This document shows positions 1 through 9,759 of a stretch of DNA of 36,527 nucleotides, one piece after another (positions within the stretch are counted from its first letter, which is position 1; the number at the start of each line of letters is the position of its first letter). The notes beneath the pieces were generated by a model. That model saw only the letters and a program-made list of their open reading frames with translations. It did not search any database and was not told where the DNA came from. This stretch comes from Octopus bimaculoides. Lineage: Eukaryota. The position numbers and the translations under genes are program-made. The stretch is taken from the NCBI RefSeq assembly GCF_001194135.2, contig NC_068988.1:42544132-42580658 (forward strand). The letters run 5' to 3'.

Positions 1-58
<58 letters not shown>
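1..58. repeat. (AC)n microsatellite; many others occur, e.g. 4541-4590, 12259-12308, 17455-17510, 19943-19977, 23530-23578, 24187-24250, 27723-27780, 35085-35167
   Basis: Read directly. Confidence 0.95.
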
Positions 59-60
<2 letters not shown>

Positions 61-133
61 CGTTTGTAGAAATACATAAATCTGGTGGAGAAGCACACTC
101 TAAGATGTAGAGCAGTTAATATTATAGTAGGAT

Positions 134-218
134 AGGCCGGTTTATGGGGTTACCCTGGGTTTCTCGCTCATAAGGGTTTAGCTTTACAGTAACATCAGAC
201 CCCAAACACTGCTGGCCT
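134..218 (-). ncRNA. Degenerate copy of the same hammerhead in the 3' terminal repeat of PLE1
   Basis: Reverse complement reads GGGGU CUGAUGU (A9U) uacuguaaagcuaaacccuuaugagcga GAAA CCCAGGG UA ACCCC. The 5' arm of stem II is disrupted. Confidence 0.8.
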
Positions 219-377
219 GAGACCTCTTCAAAATATGGAGGAGGAAAGTCTCTTTTTGAAGGTAAAATCCTAGGTGATTATCTCCCTTTGGCATTGGCCC
301 TCATTCTTCGGCCGCGCCGCTATCTTGCTGTCACTAAACCATCACAAAGGTAAACGACTGTCTCCCTTCGGCCTTAG

Positions 378-750
378 TTATTGGTTTCCGGCTGTAGCGC
401 CACCCTGCGGATTCCAAAAGGCCAGCAGGAATTTTCTAGAATGCAAGCATGGCCCGAAAATTTCCATTCTGGAGTTCAAGATTCCCCCTGGCACGAGCGA
501 GTCTTTAAGGATCCTCGTGCGTTCGGCAATGCATAACTTGCACCGTTTCGTCCCGTTGATGTAGGGGGCCTAGGTTCTCGAGTATTTTCCATGCGATCGA
601 GTATGGAAGCTCTTCGTCACTTAGTTGCCAGATATGGCTGGCCAACGATGTCACGTATCTCCTTTCCGGGACTCTGAAGGAGGACAGATGATTGGAAATA
701 CGCTATTTGAAAGAATTTCCAGTGCATCCAACGTACTTCTGTGGACGCGT
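378..750 (-). pseudogene. GIY-YIG endonuclease C-terminal half of PLE1
   Basis: Manual translation: QKYVGCTGNSFK*RISNHLSSF..TSLASHIWQL..YSIAWKIL..Y.NGTKRCKLCIAERTRIL..LNSRMEIFGPCLHSRKFLL. In-frame TAG at 703-705 and one frameshift near 570. Confidence 0.9.
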
Positions 751-762
751 GATGTCGTTGCG

Positions 763-1440
763 NNNNNNNNNNTTGCTGTTGTTGTTGATGGAGTCGGGGT
801 TGCTGGTTGTGGTGATGGTGGAGGATGTAGTGATGGCGACAGTAGCGTTATCGTAACTGCCGGTTATGGAGGTGGCGCTGCAGTTGTCAATAATATTGCT
901 GCTGCTGTTGGTGCTATGTTGGTACTGGTGTTGGCGTTGCTGGGGCTGGTGTTGGTGCCGGTCATATTCTCGTCCCTGCGCGTGTTGTTGCCTATGCTGC
1001 AGTCGTTGTTGTTGCTGCTGCTGGTACTGGCGCTGCTGTTGTTGCTGTTTTTGTTGCTGCTGTTGTCGTTGTTGTCGCTGCTGCTGGCGCTATCGCCGGT
1101 GTTGCTGTTGTTGTTGATGGAGTCGGGGTTGCTGGTTGTGGTGATGGTGGAGGATGTAGTGATGGCGACAGTAGCGTTATCGTAACTGCCGGTTATGGAG
1201 GTGGCGCTGCAGTTGTCAATAATATTGCTGCTGCTGTTGTTGCCGTGATAGCCAGTGATGGAACTGGATCTGTTGCTTCAGCTACTACTACTATGGTGGC
1301 CTGGCATCATGGACGTCGGGGAAACTATTGATAAGGCTGGTGATGGTGGCAATGCCGCTGCTGTTGGCGATACCGCTGCCGTTGTTGTTAGCGATGCTGC
1401 CATCCATTGTGACGGTGGTGGTTGCTTTACTTTTCTCATG
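763..1440 (-). repeat. AAC/AGC/ACC trinucleotide-rich low-complexity insert inside PLE1, containing a 138-bp exact duplication (773-910 = 1102-1239)
   Basis: Read directly from the sequence. The poly-Leu and poly-Cys ORFs on the + strand are its antisense readings. Confidence 0.85.
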
Positions 1441-2325
1441 TCTACGATCGTTATTGCTTCTGCCGGTGTTAAAGGCATGTCATGTTAGAACCTCGGCTTG
1501 ATATACGACCCGTCTGGTTTCGCAGCGGCCTCCTACCGGGCAACTGCTTCGAATCCTGCATGAACACCCCATCTCTTCCTGTGTCCTAGGGGTGCTCTTA
1601 ACTAGGATGCTCTTAATGTTGGAGGTGCAGCTAAACGAGGCCCTAACGTTGTACCTATTGAATACGAGTCCGTACCTATGGGAACTAGTGAAATGCTTAT
1701 TTATTAGTTTAAGGAATAGTCTACCTATGGGTGTTATTGTGTTAAGGGAGTGGGGAGGATGCAAACCAAATCGTATTTTTTGCGGCGCTTCCTTCTGCGG
1801 CTGTTGGGTCCCGGCATGTTTGAGATGCGGACTCTAAACCCGCTGGCACCCAGGGCCTCATTACAGTACGGGGCTGCTGCGTCGACGGCTTCTTGGCGAG
1901 AAGAAAGGCTCGAAATCCTCTTGCTGACGCCTCTTACCAGGTTTTTGAATACTATAGGGTGGGGTGACAGGAGGCTTTTGGTTTGCGGTAGGGCCTGCAA
2001 GTACTGAAGCCTAGGTCGAGCGTGATGTCTAAGAAGTCCGCCGTTGTGAGGTTGGTCTCTATGGTGATCCTCAAGCCCATGGAGGCAAGCGTGCTGCTTA
2101 GATCTTTCCTAAGTCTGTCTAGCGTATGGCCGCTGGCACTCCCTAGATATGCCAGGAAATCACTAGCCAAGGCCGAAGGGAGACAATCGTTTACCTTCGT
2201 AATGCTTTAGTGACCGCAAGATGGCGGCGCTGCCGAAGATTGATGGCCAATGGCAAAGGGAAATAATCACCAAGGAGTTTACCTTTAAAACGAGACTTTT
2301 CCCCTCCATATTTTGAAGAGGTCTC

Positions 2326-2412
2326 AGGCCAGCAGTGTTTGGGGTCTGATGATACGCCATAAGGCTAAACCCTTATGAGCGAGAAACCCAGGGTAACCCC
2401 ATAAACCGGCCT
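2326..2412 (+). ncRNA. Type I hammerhead ribozyme with intact catalytic core
   Basis: GGGGU-CUGAUGA (2346-2352); stem II CAUAAGG/CCUUAUG plus CGC/GCG; GAAA (2383-2386); short stem III CCCAGGG; GUA cleavage triplet (2393-2395); ACCCC. Stem I extends via GUUU/AAAC and AGGCC/GGCCU. Confidence 0.9.
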
Positions 2413-2447
2413 ACCCCCCAATAATATATATATATATTCATATACAT

Positions 2448-2620
2448 GACAAGCTTCCACACAGTTTCTGTCTCCCAAATTCACTCAGAAGGGTACAAAC
2501 ACGCATACATACATACATACATACATATTCTTTTACGACTGACTTTCGGCGCTCTGGGATTGAACATGAAACAATGTGGTTTCAAAACAAGCTTCTTGAT
2601 TGCACAGCCACGACTGCACC
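2448..2620 (-). mobile_element. Degraded SINE family A fragment (head and central domain)
   Basis: Similar to the other family A copies: cttccacacagtttctgtctcccaaattcactca, and the reverse head tgtggtttcaaaacaagcttcttgattgcacagccacgactgcacc. Confidence 0.55.
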
Positions 2621-3058
2621 AACTTAGTGTTGGAGTAATGTTGCCACATCTCCAAGCATGAATTTTGCTGATGTTGCAATTGTCCGTTCAGGCATTGAGG
2701 ACAAATTCTGGCGGATGTTTACCTCGGTTTTCATATCTATATTTCAGTTCCCACGAGTTTCTCTATTAAGTAGAATATTTCCATAAATAGACTCAACGAA
2801 GCAGATCATACCAATGTAACACTAAACATAACAACAAGAAATCTTTTTGGCTTGCTTAAAAAAAAAAAAAAGAAGAAAAGAAAGAAAATACAAACGTTAG
2901 ACAAAGACAAATTGTTCAGGCATTACACATCATAAATGACTTGCGAAACATATTGTGTGATGATTTTTATACGATTTTAGGTACGTCGGCACGTAGCCGT
3001 AGGCAAGTTTTGCTTTCATCGTGAAATGTTGTATGTCAGTGTGTGTGTGTATATATAT

Positions 3059-3771
3059 NNNNNNNNNNNNNNNNNNNNNNNNNNNNNNNNNNNNNNNNNN
3101 NNNNNNNNNNNNNNNNNNNNNNNNNNNNNNNNNNNNNNNNNNNNNNNNNNNNNNNNNNNNNNNNNNNNNNNNNNNNNNNNNNNNNNNNNNNNNNNNNNNN
3201 NNNNNNNNNNNNNNNNNNNNNNNNNNNNNNNNNNNNNNNNNNNNNNNNNNNNNNNNNNNNNNNNNNNNNNNNNNNNNNNNNNNNNNNNNNNNNNNNNNNN
3301 NNNNNNNNNNNNNNNNNNNNNNNNNNNNNNNNNNNNNNNNNNNNNNNNNNNNNNNNNNNNNNNNNNNNNNNNNNNNNNNNNNNNNNNNNNNNNNNNNNNN
3401 NNNNNNNNNNNNNNNNNNNNNNNNNNNNNNNNNNNNNNNNNNNNNNNNNNNNNNNNNNNNNNNNNNNNNNNNNNNNNNNNNNNNNNNNNNNNNNNNNNNN
3501 NNNNNNNNNNNNNNNNNNNNNNNNNNNNNNNNNNNNNNNNNNNNNNNNNNNNNNNNNNNNNNNNNNNNNNNNNNNNNNNNNNNNNNNNNNNNNNNNNNNN
3601 NNNNNNNNNNNNNNNNNNNNNNNNNNNNNNNNNNNNNNNNNNNNNNNNNNNNNNNNNNNNNNNNNNNNNNNNNNNNNNNNNNNNNNNNNNNNNNNNNNNN
3701 NNNNNNNNNNNNNNNNNNNNNNNNNNNNNNNNNNNNNNNNNNNNNNNNNNNNNNNNNNNNNNNNNNNNNNN
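3059..3771. other. Assembly gap; other gaps at 763-772, 14760-15605, 17569-17750, 25359-25490, 27369-27722 and 31821-32253
   Basis: Runs of N, mostly flanked by microsatellites or repeats. Confidence 1.
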
Positions 3772-3819
<48 letters not shown>

Positions 3820-4550
3820 TATTCAGTTGAATTAGGTACTTAAATTGAGGCACTAAGCTAGTTCGGAATAGTCCGTGCAGATCGAAATTAGGTGAACAAA
3901 CTGCAAATAAGTAACAAGAATGTCCAGGTATCAATGCATTGCGGCCGTTTCAAGCGGCTCTATTTAATCGATCACTGAAAACATTAGATCAATTTGAAAG
4001 AAACCGCTCTCCTCAGACGCAGATGACCAAATAGATTTCCAACATAAAGGATAAACCAGTTTTAGCATTTATAGTAAATTTATATCAGTACTAGAAACCA
4101 AAATAATTACATTCTTTCCTTATGCTATATTTGTGACAGAATGAATCCAGAGAATATTGTATTTCTATTTAAGCCAACTATAATTCAGATAGTAGCAGAG
4201 GAAAATACTGGGGATCTAGATATAGGAGTGGTGCGAAATCTTTTGAGAGTTGTCAGCTATGTTCCAGTTGATGGTGGTAAATTAATTAATGCCAGATAAC
4301 CTCCCAGACCCTTATTTTACTGGGACCTTTATTTCATCTAGCTTTATCTACATAAAAGGATGTGTTTCAGAGCTGCTAGTGAAAGAATGACTGATGGGGA
4401 AGAGGTGGTAACTAGAAGGCAGGATGTGGGGTGGATAGTCCTGATTTAGATTATCAAATAAGAGGAATATAGTGAAAAACAAAAGCGGTAAAAATAAGCT
4501 CTATGACTGACCTTATAAGTAACCTCACGTAAATACAGGTATGTGTGTGT

Positions 4551-4593
<43 letters not shown>

Positions 4594-4929
4594 TGCGCGT
4601 GTCAATGAACGACAAATTCCGTTCACTTAAACGTTTCTTCAAAATTAAGCCTAACGAGTGTTTCAAACAACAAATCTACAATAAAATCTCTCCATTTTTT
4701 TTTCTAAATCTCTCAGTGAGATTCATGCAGTAATGATGTGATAAAGTAGTTGTATGCTGTCAACTTAATGTGACAGTCCCATGAAGGGAATAATACTACT
4801 GCTATTTAGCCCTAGTAAGCAGCTCCACTTCCTGTCAGCCTTGACACATTTCCTGTGTCCTTATGTTTACAAGGGAGAGACAAGCACCTCCACTTAGCTA
4901 AGCCTGCATCCAGAGACATGTTTCAGAGT

Positions 4930-5110
4930 CTTTGCTCGTTTCAGTCTGGAGTAGCAATGGCCTGCTGGTGCACCGCCTTTAGTCGAACAAATCGACCCCA
5001 TGACTTATTCTTTGTAAGCCTAGTACTTATTCTATCGGTCATTTTGCAGAACCGCTAAGTTACGGGGACGTAAACACACCAACATCGGTTGTCAAGCGAT
5101 GGTGGGGGAA

Positions 5111-5161
<51 letters not shown>

Positions 5162-5325
5162 GACGGGATCCTTTCAGTTTCCGTCTACCAAATCCACTCA
5201 CAAGGGTTTTGTCGGCTCGAGGCTATAGTAGAAGACACTTGCCCAAGGCTCCACGCAGTGGGACTGAACCCGGAACCATGTGGTTGGTAAGCAGGCTACT
5301 TACCACACAGCCACTACTGCGCCTA
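4930..5325 (-). mobile_element. tRNA-derived SINE family A, full length, with internal (AC)n
   Basis: Near-identical to the 25112-25660 and 26436-26841 copies. Pol III A-box-like TGGCTGTGTGGT and B-box-like GGTTCAGTCCC. Confidence 0.9.
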
Positions 5326-5559
5326 TTGCAAAACATAAGTAATGTGCCAGTGCTTAATACATTTTGCATTAGAAAAGAATTTCATCTGTAAACTACAAAT
5401 GGAAACGCAGTTTTAATGTTTGAATAATTTTTCACTGGGAAAGATAGGTTGTAAAGATGCAATTTGCTGTCGTTAAGAAAGAGAAAGTAAATTATCCTTG
5501 AAATGCGAGTAAATTGCAATAGAAACCAGAAGTAACGACAGCTATATACCAAAATTTCA

Positions 5560-5900
5560 TAAAGCACTTTTAATATCTGATATGTTAGATTCCAATGCGA
5601 GTCTCGGCAATTTCTATACCCATGAAGTTGTCAACCATTCACTCAATTTTATTGATTCAAACAAGGCTGCGAGCTGGCAGAAACGACTGGCCCCTTCCCC
5701 CCAAATTTTAGGCTTTGTGCCTAGAGTAGAAAAGAATTTCATTGATTCAAACGATGATGGCATCCATACACAGACTATAGAAAGGTTATGGATGCTGGCC
5801 AAGAAGAAACTTAATCGACAACGAGAGAATAGGGATGATTATGAGATGTCATTGCCGTCACTTCCAGTTTCTTTCATGTTTTTAGGACAATTTATTTTCA
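5560..5900 (+). pseudogene. Merlin/IS1016-like (ISXO2, IS1595-family) DDE transposase remnant interrupted by a mini-SINE
   Basis: After removing 5663-5752 the frame reads LISDM....ASL..FYTHEVVNHSLNFIDSNDDGIHTQTIERLWMLAKKKL. This matches the Merlin SD...H..VNHS..F.D...G.HTQ.IE.W motif. Confidence 0.8.
5663..5734 (+). mobile_element. Internally deleted SINE family B (head fused to tail) with an 18-bp target site duplication
   Basis: Head ggctgcgagctggcagaaacg is joined directly to tail actggccccttcccccc..gtgcctagagtagaaaag. TSD aattttattgattcaaac (5645-5662) / aatttcattgattcaaac (5735-5752). Confidence 0.85.
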
Positions 5901-6179
5901 CGTTTTTTACGAGGGTAAACTACATGCTAACCGAATAAGTCTGGTGGGCACTGGGATCACGAATACTAGGTTACATCTTCTATGTTCAAAGTATTCCTCT
6001 GCTCAGTAGATAAGTCACATGGTTAAACCCACCCCACCCCGATACGAATTTGGGAAAGTTAATGGCATGGTTTACAACAGCTTTCATTTATTCGCCCAAT
6101 AATACACGATTCTTTTAAACGTGAACAAAGACTTCGATTCAAGATCAAAAGCAATTTCAATAAATTCTTCTTTAAGAAA

Positions 6180-6341
6180 GATGCAAGCGTGACTGTATGG
6201 TAAGAACTTTGCTTTCCAACCACATGGTTCCTGGTTCATTCCCACTGCGTGACATCTTGGAAGTGTATTTTCTACTACAGCCTCGGGTCGACCAAGGCCT
6301 TGTGAGGAAATTTGGTTGACGGAAACTGAAAGAAGCTCGTC

Positions 6342-6379
<38 letters not shown>

Positions 6380-6830
6380 TCGTGTGTATGTATGTGTGTG
6401 TGTGTGTCTTTACGTTTGTTTACGTCCTCATAAGTTGTTGGTTCGGCCAAAGAGACTGATAGAATAAATATAGTTTTAAAAGAAAATACTGGGGTTGATT
6501 TGTTTGATTAAACCAGTGGTTCTCAACTGGGGTCCATATGGTCCTTGGAAGTCAATATAAGATTTTGTTAAAATTTATCTGTAATAAATTGATTATACTT
6601 CTACAATTCACAAAATAATATTCTAATAATTTTTTAATACATTTCATAATGATATTAAAAATATATGATTTTTTAACAATCGAATGGCTAGGAGGGTCCA
6701 TGCGAGTAAAATAGGAATCAAAGGGGTCTATCTACAAGTAAAAAATGGTTGAGACACTCTGGACTATACCCTTCAAGGCGGTGCTCCACCATGGCCGCAG
6801 TCCAGTGATGATAAGAAGTAAAAGATAACG
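6180..6830 (+). mobile_element. SINE family A copy interrupted by a hAT-like MITE
   Basis: Head, central domain and (TA)n match family A. The tail resumes after 6761 (cccttcaaggcggtgctccaccatggccgcagtc). Confidence 0.85.
6514..6761. mobile_element. hAT (Charlie-like) MITE, 248 bp
   Basis: TIRs CAGTGGTTCTCAAC / GTTGAGACACTCTG (11/14 match). 8-bp TSD gattaaac / gactatac. Confidence 0.75.
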
Positions 6831-7448
6831 GAAATGACAACTATTCCCTTCAAACTTTGCTTTTGTGACCTGGACATCAATGTTTTGAAACTGACCTATT
6901 TTCCATTACATTTCAAACAGATTCAGAGATGAGTTGCTGAAGCAGAAATATCGTTATAGCAAATATTATGCTCAATACCACAGATTTGCTTGTCAGTTGC
7001 TTGACCTTAACTACTTAAGCATGTCCCTCAACGGCTGACATTACGTACATCTCTGATTATGAGCAGGAATAATTAGCGAGCATCATAGCCATGTATCGAG
7101 AGGGATTCTTTGGGGTTTGAGTAAATGTAGCAAGAACAAAGTTTGAAGGATATATTAGCCATTTTTCATACTTTCTAGGGGAGAGTAAACTGGAAATAAC
7201 AGCTGCTATCCAAGGACGAAAATCGTGTTACACCATTTACTGTTGTGCGTGTGAGTATGTGTGAGTGTCCGCTCACGCATGAGTTAAAGTGTATGTATGT
7301 ATATGTAAGCATTTATAGGCTGTGTAGGCATATCTATGACTATAAGAGCGTGTACATATGTGTGTATATGTAAATATATATGCATGTTATTAATGTTATT
7401 AATGGATCATACGAAAAAGAAGCACACCCTAAAAGTCAGAGAAGTTAT

Positions 7449-7590
7449 TGTGTGTGTGTGTGTTTGTTCCCCCACCATCGCTTGACAACCGATGTTGGTG
7501 TGTTTACGTCCCCGTAATGGCTGCTCTGTGTATGAATGCCGTCATCGTTTGAATCAATGAAATTCTTTTCTACTCTAGGCACAAGGCCCG
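7449..7590. mobile_element. SINE A mid-fragment (7449-7518, +) joined to a minus-strand copy of the SINE B tail/Merlin junction (7525-7590)
   Basis: The reverse complement of 7525-7590 matches about 5712-5771 (gtgcctagagtagaaaagaatttcattgattcaaacgatga.ggcat.catacacaga). Confidence 0.8.
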
Positions 7591-7963
7591 ATTCAAGATC
7601 AGGAATACTACGCTTAGAAGACATTTGAATTGAGATTTAAGGCCTTCTTGAAATCCTAAATGCGGTTTTTATAGTTAAGTTATTTATTATCCAAAACACT
7701 CTCTTCAGTTAACTATATGGAGGACAATTTTAAGAAATGCCAAAAGTTGCATCGGCCCAAATTAGCAGCTCTAGCCTCTATAATTGCAGTGGTCATTTTT
7801 TGTATTCCAATTTGCATTTCTCTAAATTTACCAGATGAAAGGTGAAGTTTTATTTAGCTTTAATTCGTTTTCAAGTGTAACATCTATATTCCATTAAAAC
7901 TTCACTGTTGAATTATACATCTGTATTTAATCCTTAATCTTTATCTTTTATCTTTCACTTGTT

Positions 7964-8157
7964 TCACCATCTTGAAGAATTTTTAGCCGAACAAATCGAC
8001 CTCAGGACTTTTTTTTTAAGCCTCTTTCTTATTGCATCGGTGTCTTTTGCCAAACCGCTAATGTTTCGGGGATGTAAACACGCGAACACTGTTTGTCAAG
8101 TGTGTGAGGGGGGACGACACAAACGCAGACACACGTACATATTACACACTCACACAC

Positions 8158-8195
<38 letters not shown>

Positions 8196-8275
8196 CGTTC
8201 TTCTTTCGGTGCCCGTCTACGAAATCCACTCATAAGGCTAGAGCTGAAGACATTTACACAAGGTGCATTGTTGTA
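7964..8275 (-). mobile_element. Diverged SINE family A copy
   Basis: Matches the family A tail and central domain (cgtctacgaaatccactcataaggct), with internal (TA)n. Confidence 0.75.
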
Positions 8276-8360
8276 CCATTCAAGACTTTTCATTCCTTAT
8301 AAACAGTACACAATGCTTCAAACGAACTACAATACTCTCCTATATATTTATATATATATA

Positions 8361-9340
8361 TTAGACAAAATGAGATAACAAAGCCAAGGCTGAGATGAAT
8401 TTTCAGGACATTTATAAAGAAGAGATATAGATATGGTCTCATAGCTGTTTCTGGGATATTATGAATATCCCTTCATCAGAGATGATGTGAGATAGTTAAA
8501 TAGAGATAAATATTTGAGTTCGGAATAAGGAATTATTATGAAAAAGGAGGAGATATGGAATATAGAGGGAAATAAGAGAATGAAAATAGAAATAAAATAT
8601 CAAATATTGTAGTTGCAGTTGCATTATTCGAGTGAAGTGGTGTATGGAAGTGGTAAAAAGTTTCCTGTACATGGTATGTAAGCTCCAATAGTAGTTGATG
8701 TTTAGTCATTTCAAAGTATGGAGCCATGGATTGTGTGTTGCTCATTCGAAGGGTTTTTGTGTGTTGCTCATTCGAAGGGTTTTTGTGGTGTGAATGAAAA
8801 TTTGAGAATGTATTGGTAGTATTTGTGAATAGATAGGGGAGAGATGTGTATGAATAGAATGAATAGATTGGTCAAAATGAAGACTGGAAGAGAAAATGAG
8901 AGGAAGAAAGAGAGAAAGGAAGAAAGAAATTAAGAAACAAATATTAAAAATTAAAATAAGAAGAGAGAAAAAAGAAAAAAGAGCGAAAGGAGTGAAAAAA
9001 TGAAGAAAGGGTGACAGAAGTGAGAAAAGGAATGTTAGTTGGTGATCAAGATAATGTGTGGGGAGGATGGGAGAGGGTTGGGGAGTGGTGGATGGGAAGA
9101 GATGAGAAGGTAAGGAGCGAATAAGTGTAAGATATACAAGTAGGGGTGATATGATAGGGCTGCATTAAGGGATGGATAGAGAAAAGGTAATGGTGGGATG
9201 ATACCAAAGTGAGTAGTAGTTTTAGTAGTAAAATTTAAAATGGAGGGAAGAATACAAGGATGTCAAATTTCTATAAATAGACGTATGTGATAGGTTAGTG
9301 TAATAGGTAGGAATCACAGAAGAGGAAAGACGGTATAATA
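8361..9340 (-). mobile_element. Putative PLE 3' untranslated/terminal repeat region ending in (TA)n
   Basis: Contains a hammerhead motif at 8436-8483 about 75 bp from a (TA)n boundary. It is strongly strand-asymmetric, lies downstream of PLE2 in the same orientation, and carries a 26-bp tandem duplication at 8732-8787. Confidence 0.5.
8436..8483 (-). ncRNA. Degenerate minimal type I hammerhead motif
   Basis: UCU CUGAUGA A GGGAUAUU-CAU-AAUAUCCC A GAAA CAGCUA UG AGA. Perfect 8-bp stem II; stem III palindrome and cleavage triplet are mutated. Confidence 0.7.
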
Positions 9341-9347
9341 ACATAGT

Positions 9348-9740
9348 ATGCGCACACACACGTACATATATATATGCGCATATGATTACATGCATATTCA
9401 CACGCATATATACATACATACGCATATACATACACATACATACGCGCAGGCGCACACGCGCTTATACAAAGTCACACGTACACGCGCATACAGGCACTTA
9501 CGTATGCATATATACACATACACACACTCATATTTGTATATACATATGCACGTACATATACATACACTCACACACATATGTGTATATATGTATATATATA
9601 TATACATATATATACATATACATGCATATACATACATGCATATACATACATACATATACATACATACATATACATACATACATACATAAACATACATGCA
9701 CACACATTTACACACACATGTATCCGCTTGTATGTCCATA
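9348..9740. repeat. Compound (TA/CA/TACA) cryptic microsatellite
   Basis: Read directly; the HTHTYIY-type ORFs here are artefacts. Confidence 0.9.
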
Positions 9741-9759
9741 TATGTAGTGTTAAATGATT

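Larger units (their letters stand above)
133..2413 (-). mobile_element. Penelope-like retroelement (PLE1), 5'-truncated in RT, with the 3' terminal repeat present as an inverted copy at the 5' end; pseudogenised
   Basis: Minus-strand translation gives RT palm/thumb motifs (RLRKDL..LGLRITIETNLTTADFLDITLDL..PYRKP, 1952-2170; NLVRGVSKRISSLSS..AAPY.NEAL..SGF, 1734-2000). It continues IGRLFLKLINKHF..FNRYNVRASFSC..NIKSI, then CSC..C..C and VVY (1501-1509), then the GIY-YIG C-half at 378-750. 133-380 is an inverted repeat of 2164-2413. Confidence 0.93.

Noticed and set aside
773-910. 138-bp exact duplication as a biological tandem repeat
   Set aside because: One copy abuts a 10-N gap and is identical to the other, so a contig-overlap artefact is likely.
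1480-1482. In-frame TGA as selenocysteine (reported for some Naiad PLEs)
   Set aside because: It is not at a conserved Cys position, all Cys motifs use TGY codons, other stops are TAG/TAA, and I recognised no SECIS.
625-1488. Poly-Leu, poly-Cys and poly-Val ORFs on the + strand
   Set aside because: They are antisense readings of the trinucleotide-rich insert in PLE1.
2930-3934. Long ORFs spanning N-gaps (also 14590-15903, 17392-17809, 25148-25529, 27344-27829, 31532-32428)
   Set aside because: They are open only because of Ns and microsatellites.
4140-4460. Possible third GIY-YIG remnant on the minus strand
   Set aside because: Too many stops and no recognisable conserved motif.
6830-7230. 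Segments resembling recalled octopus repeats (also 4740-4900, 16930-17070, 18060-18360)
   Set aside because: There is no second copy or diagnostic motif in the window, so a repeat-library search is needed.
9222-9747. HTHT/YIYI/VCVC ORFs here and elsewhere
   Set aside because: They are translations of dinucleotide repeats.
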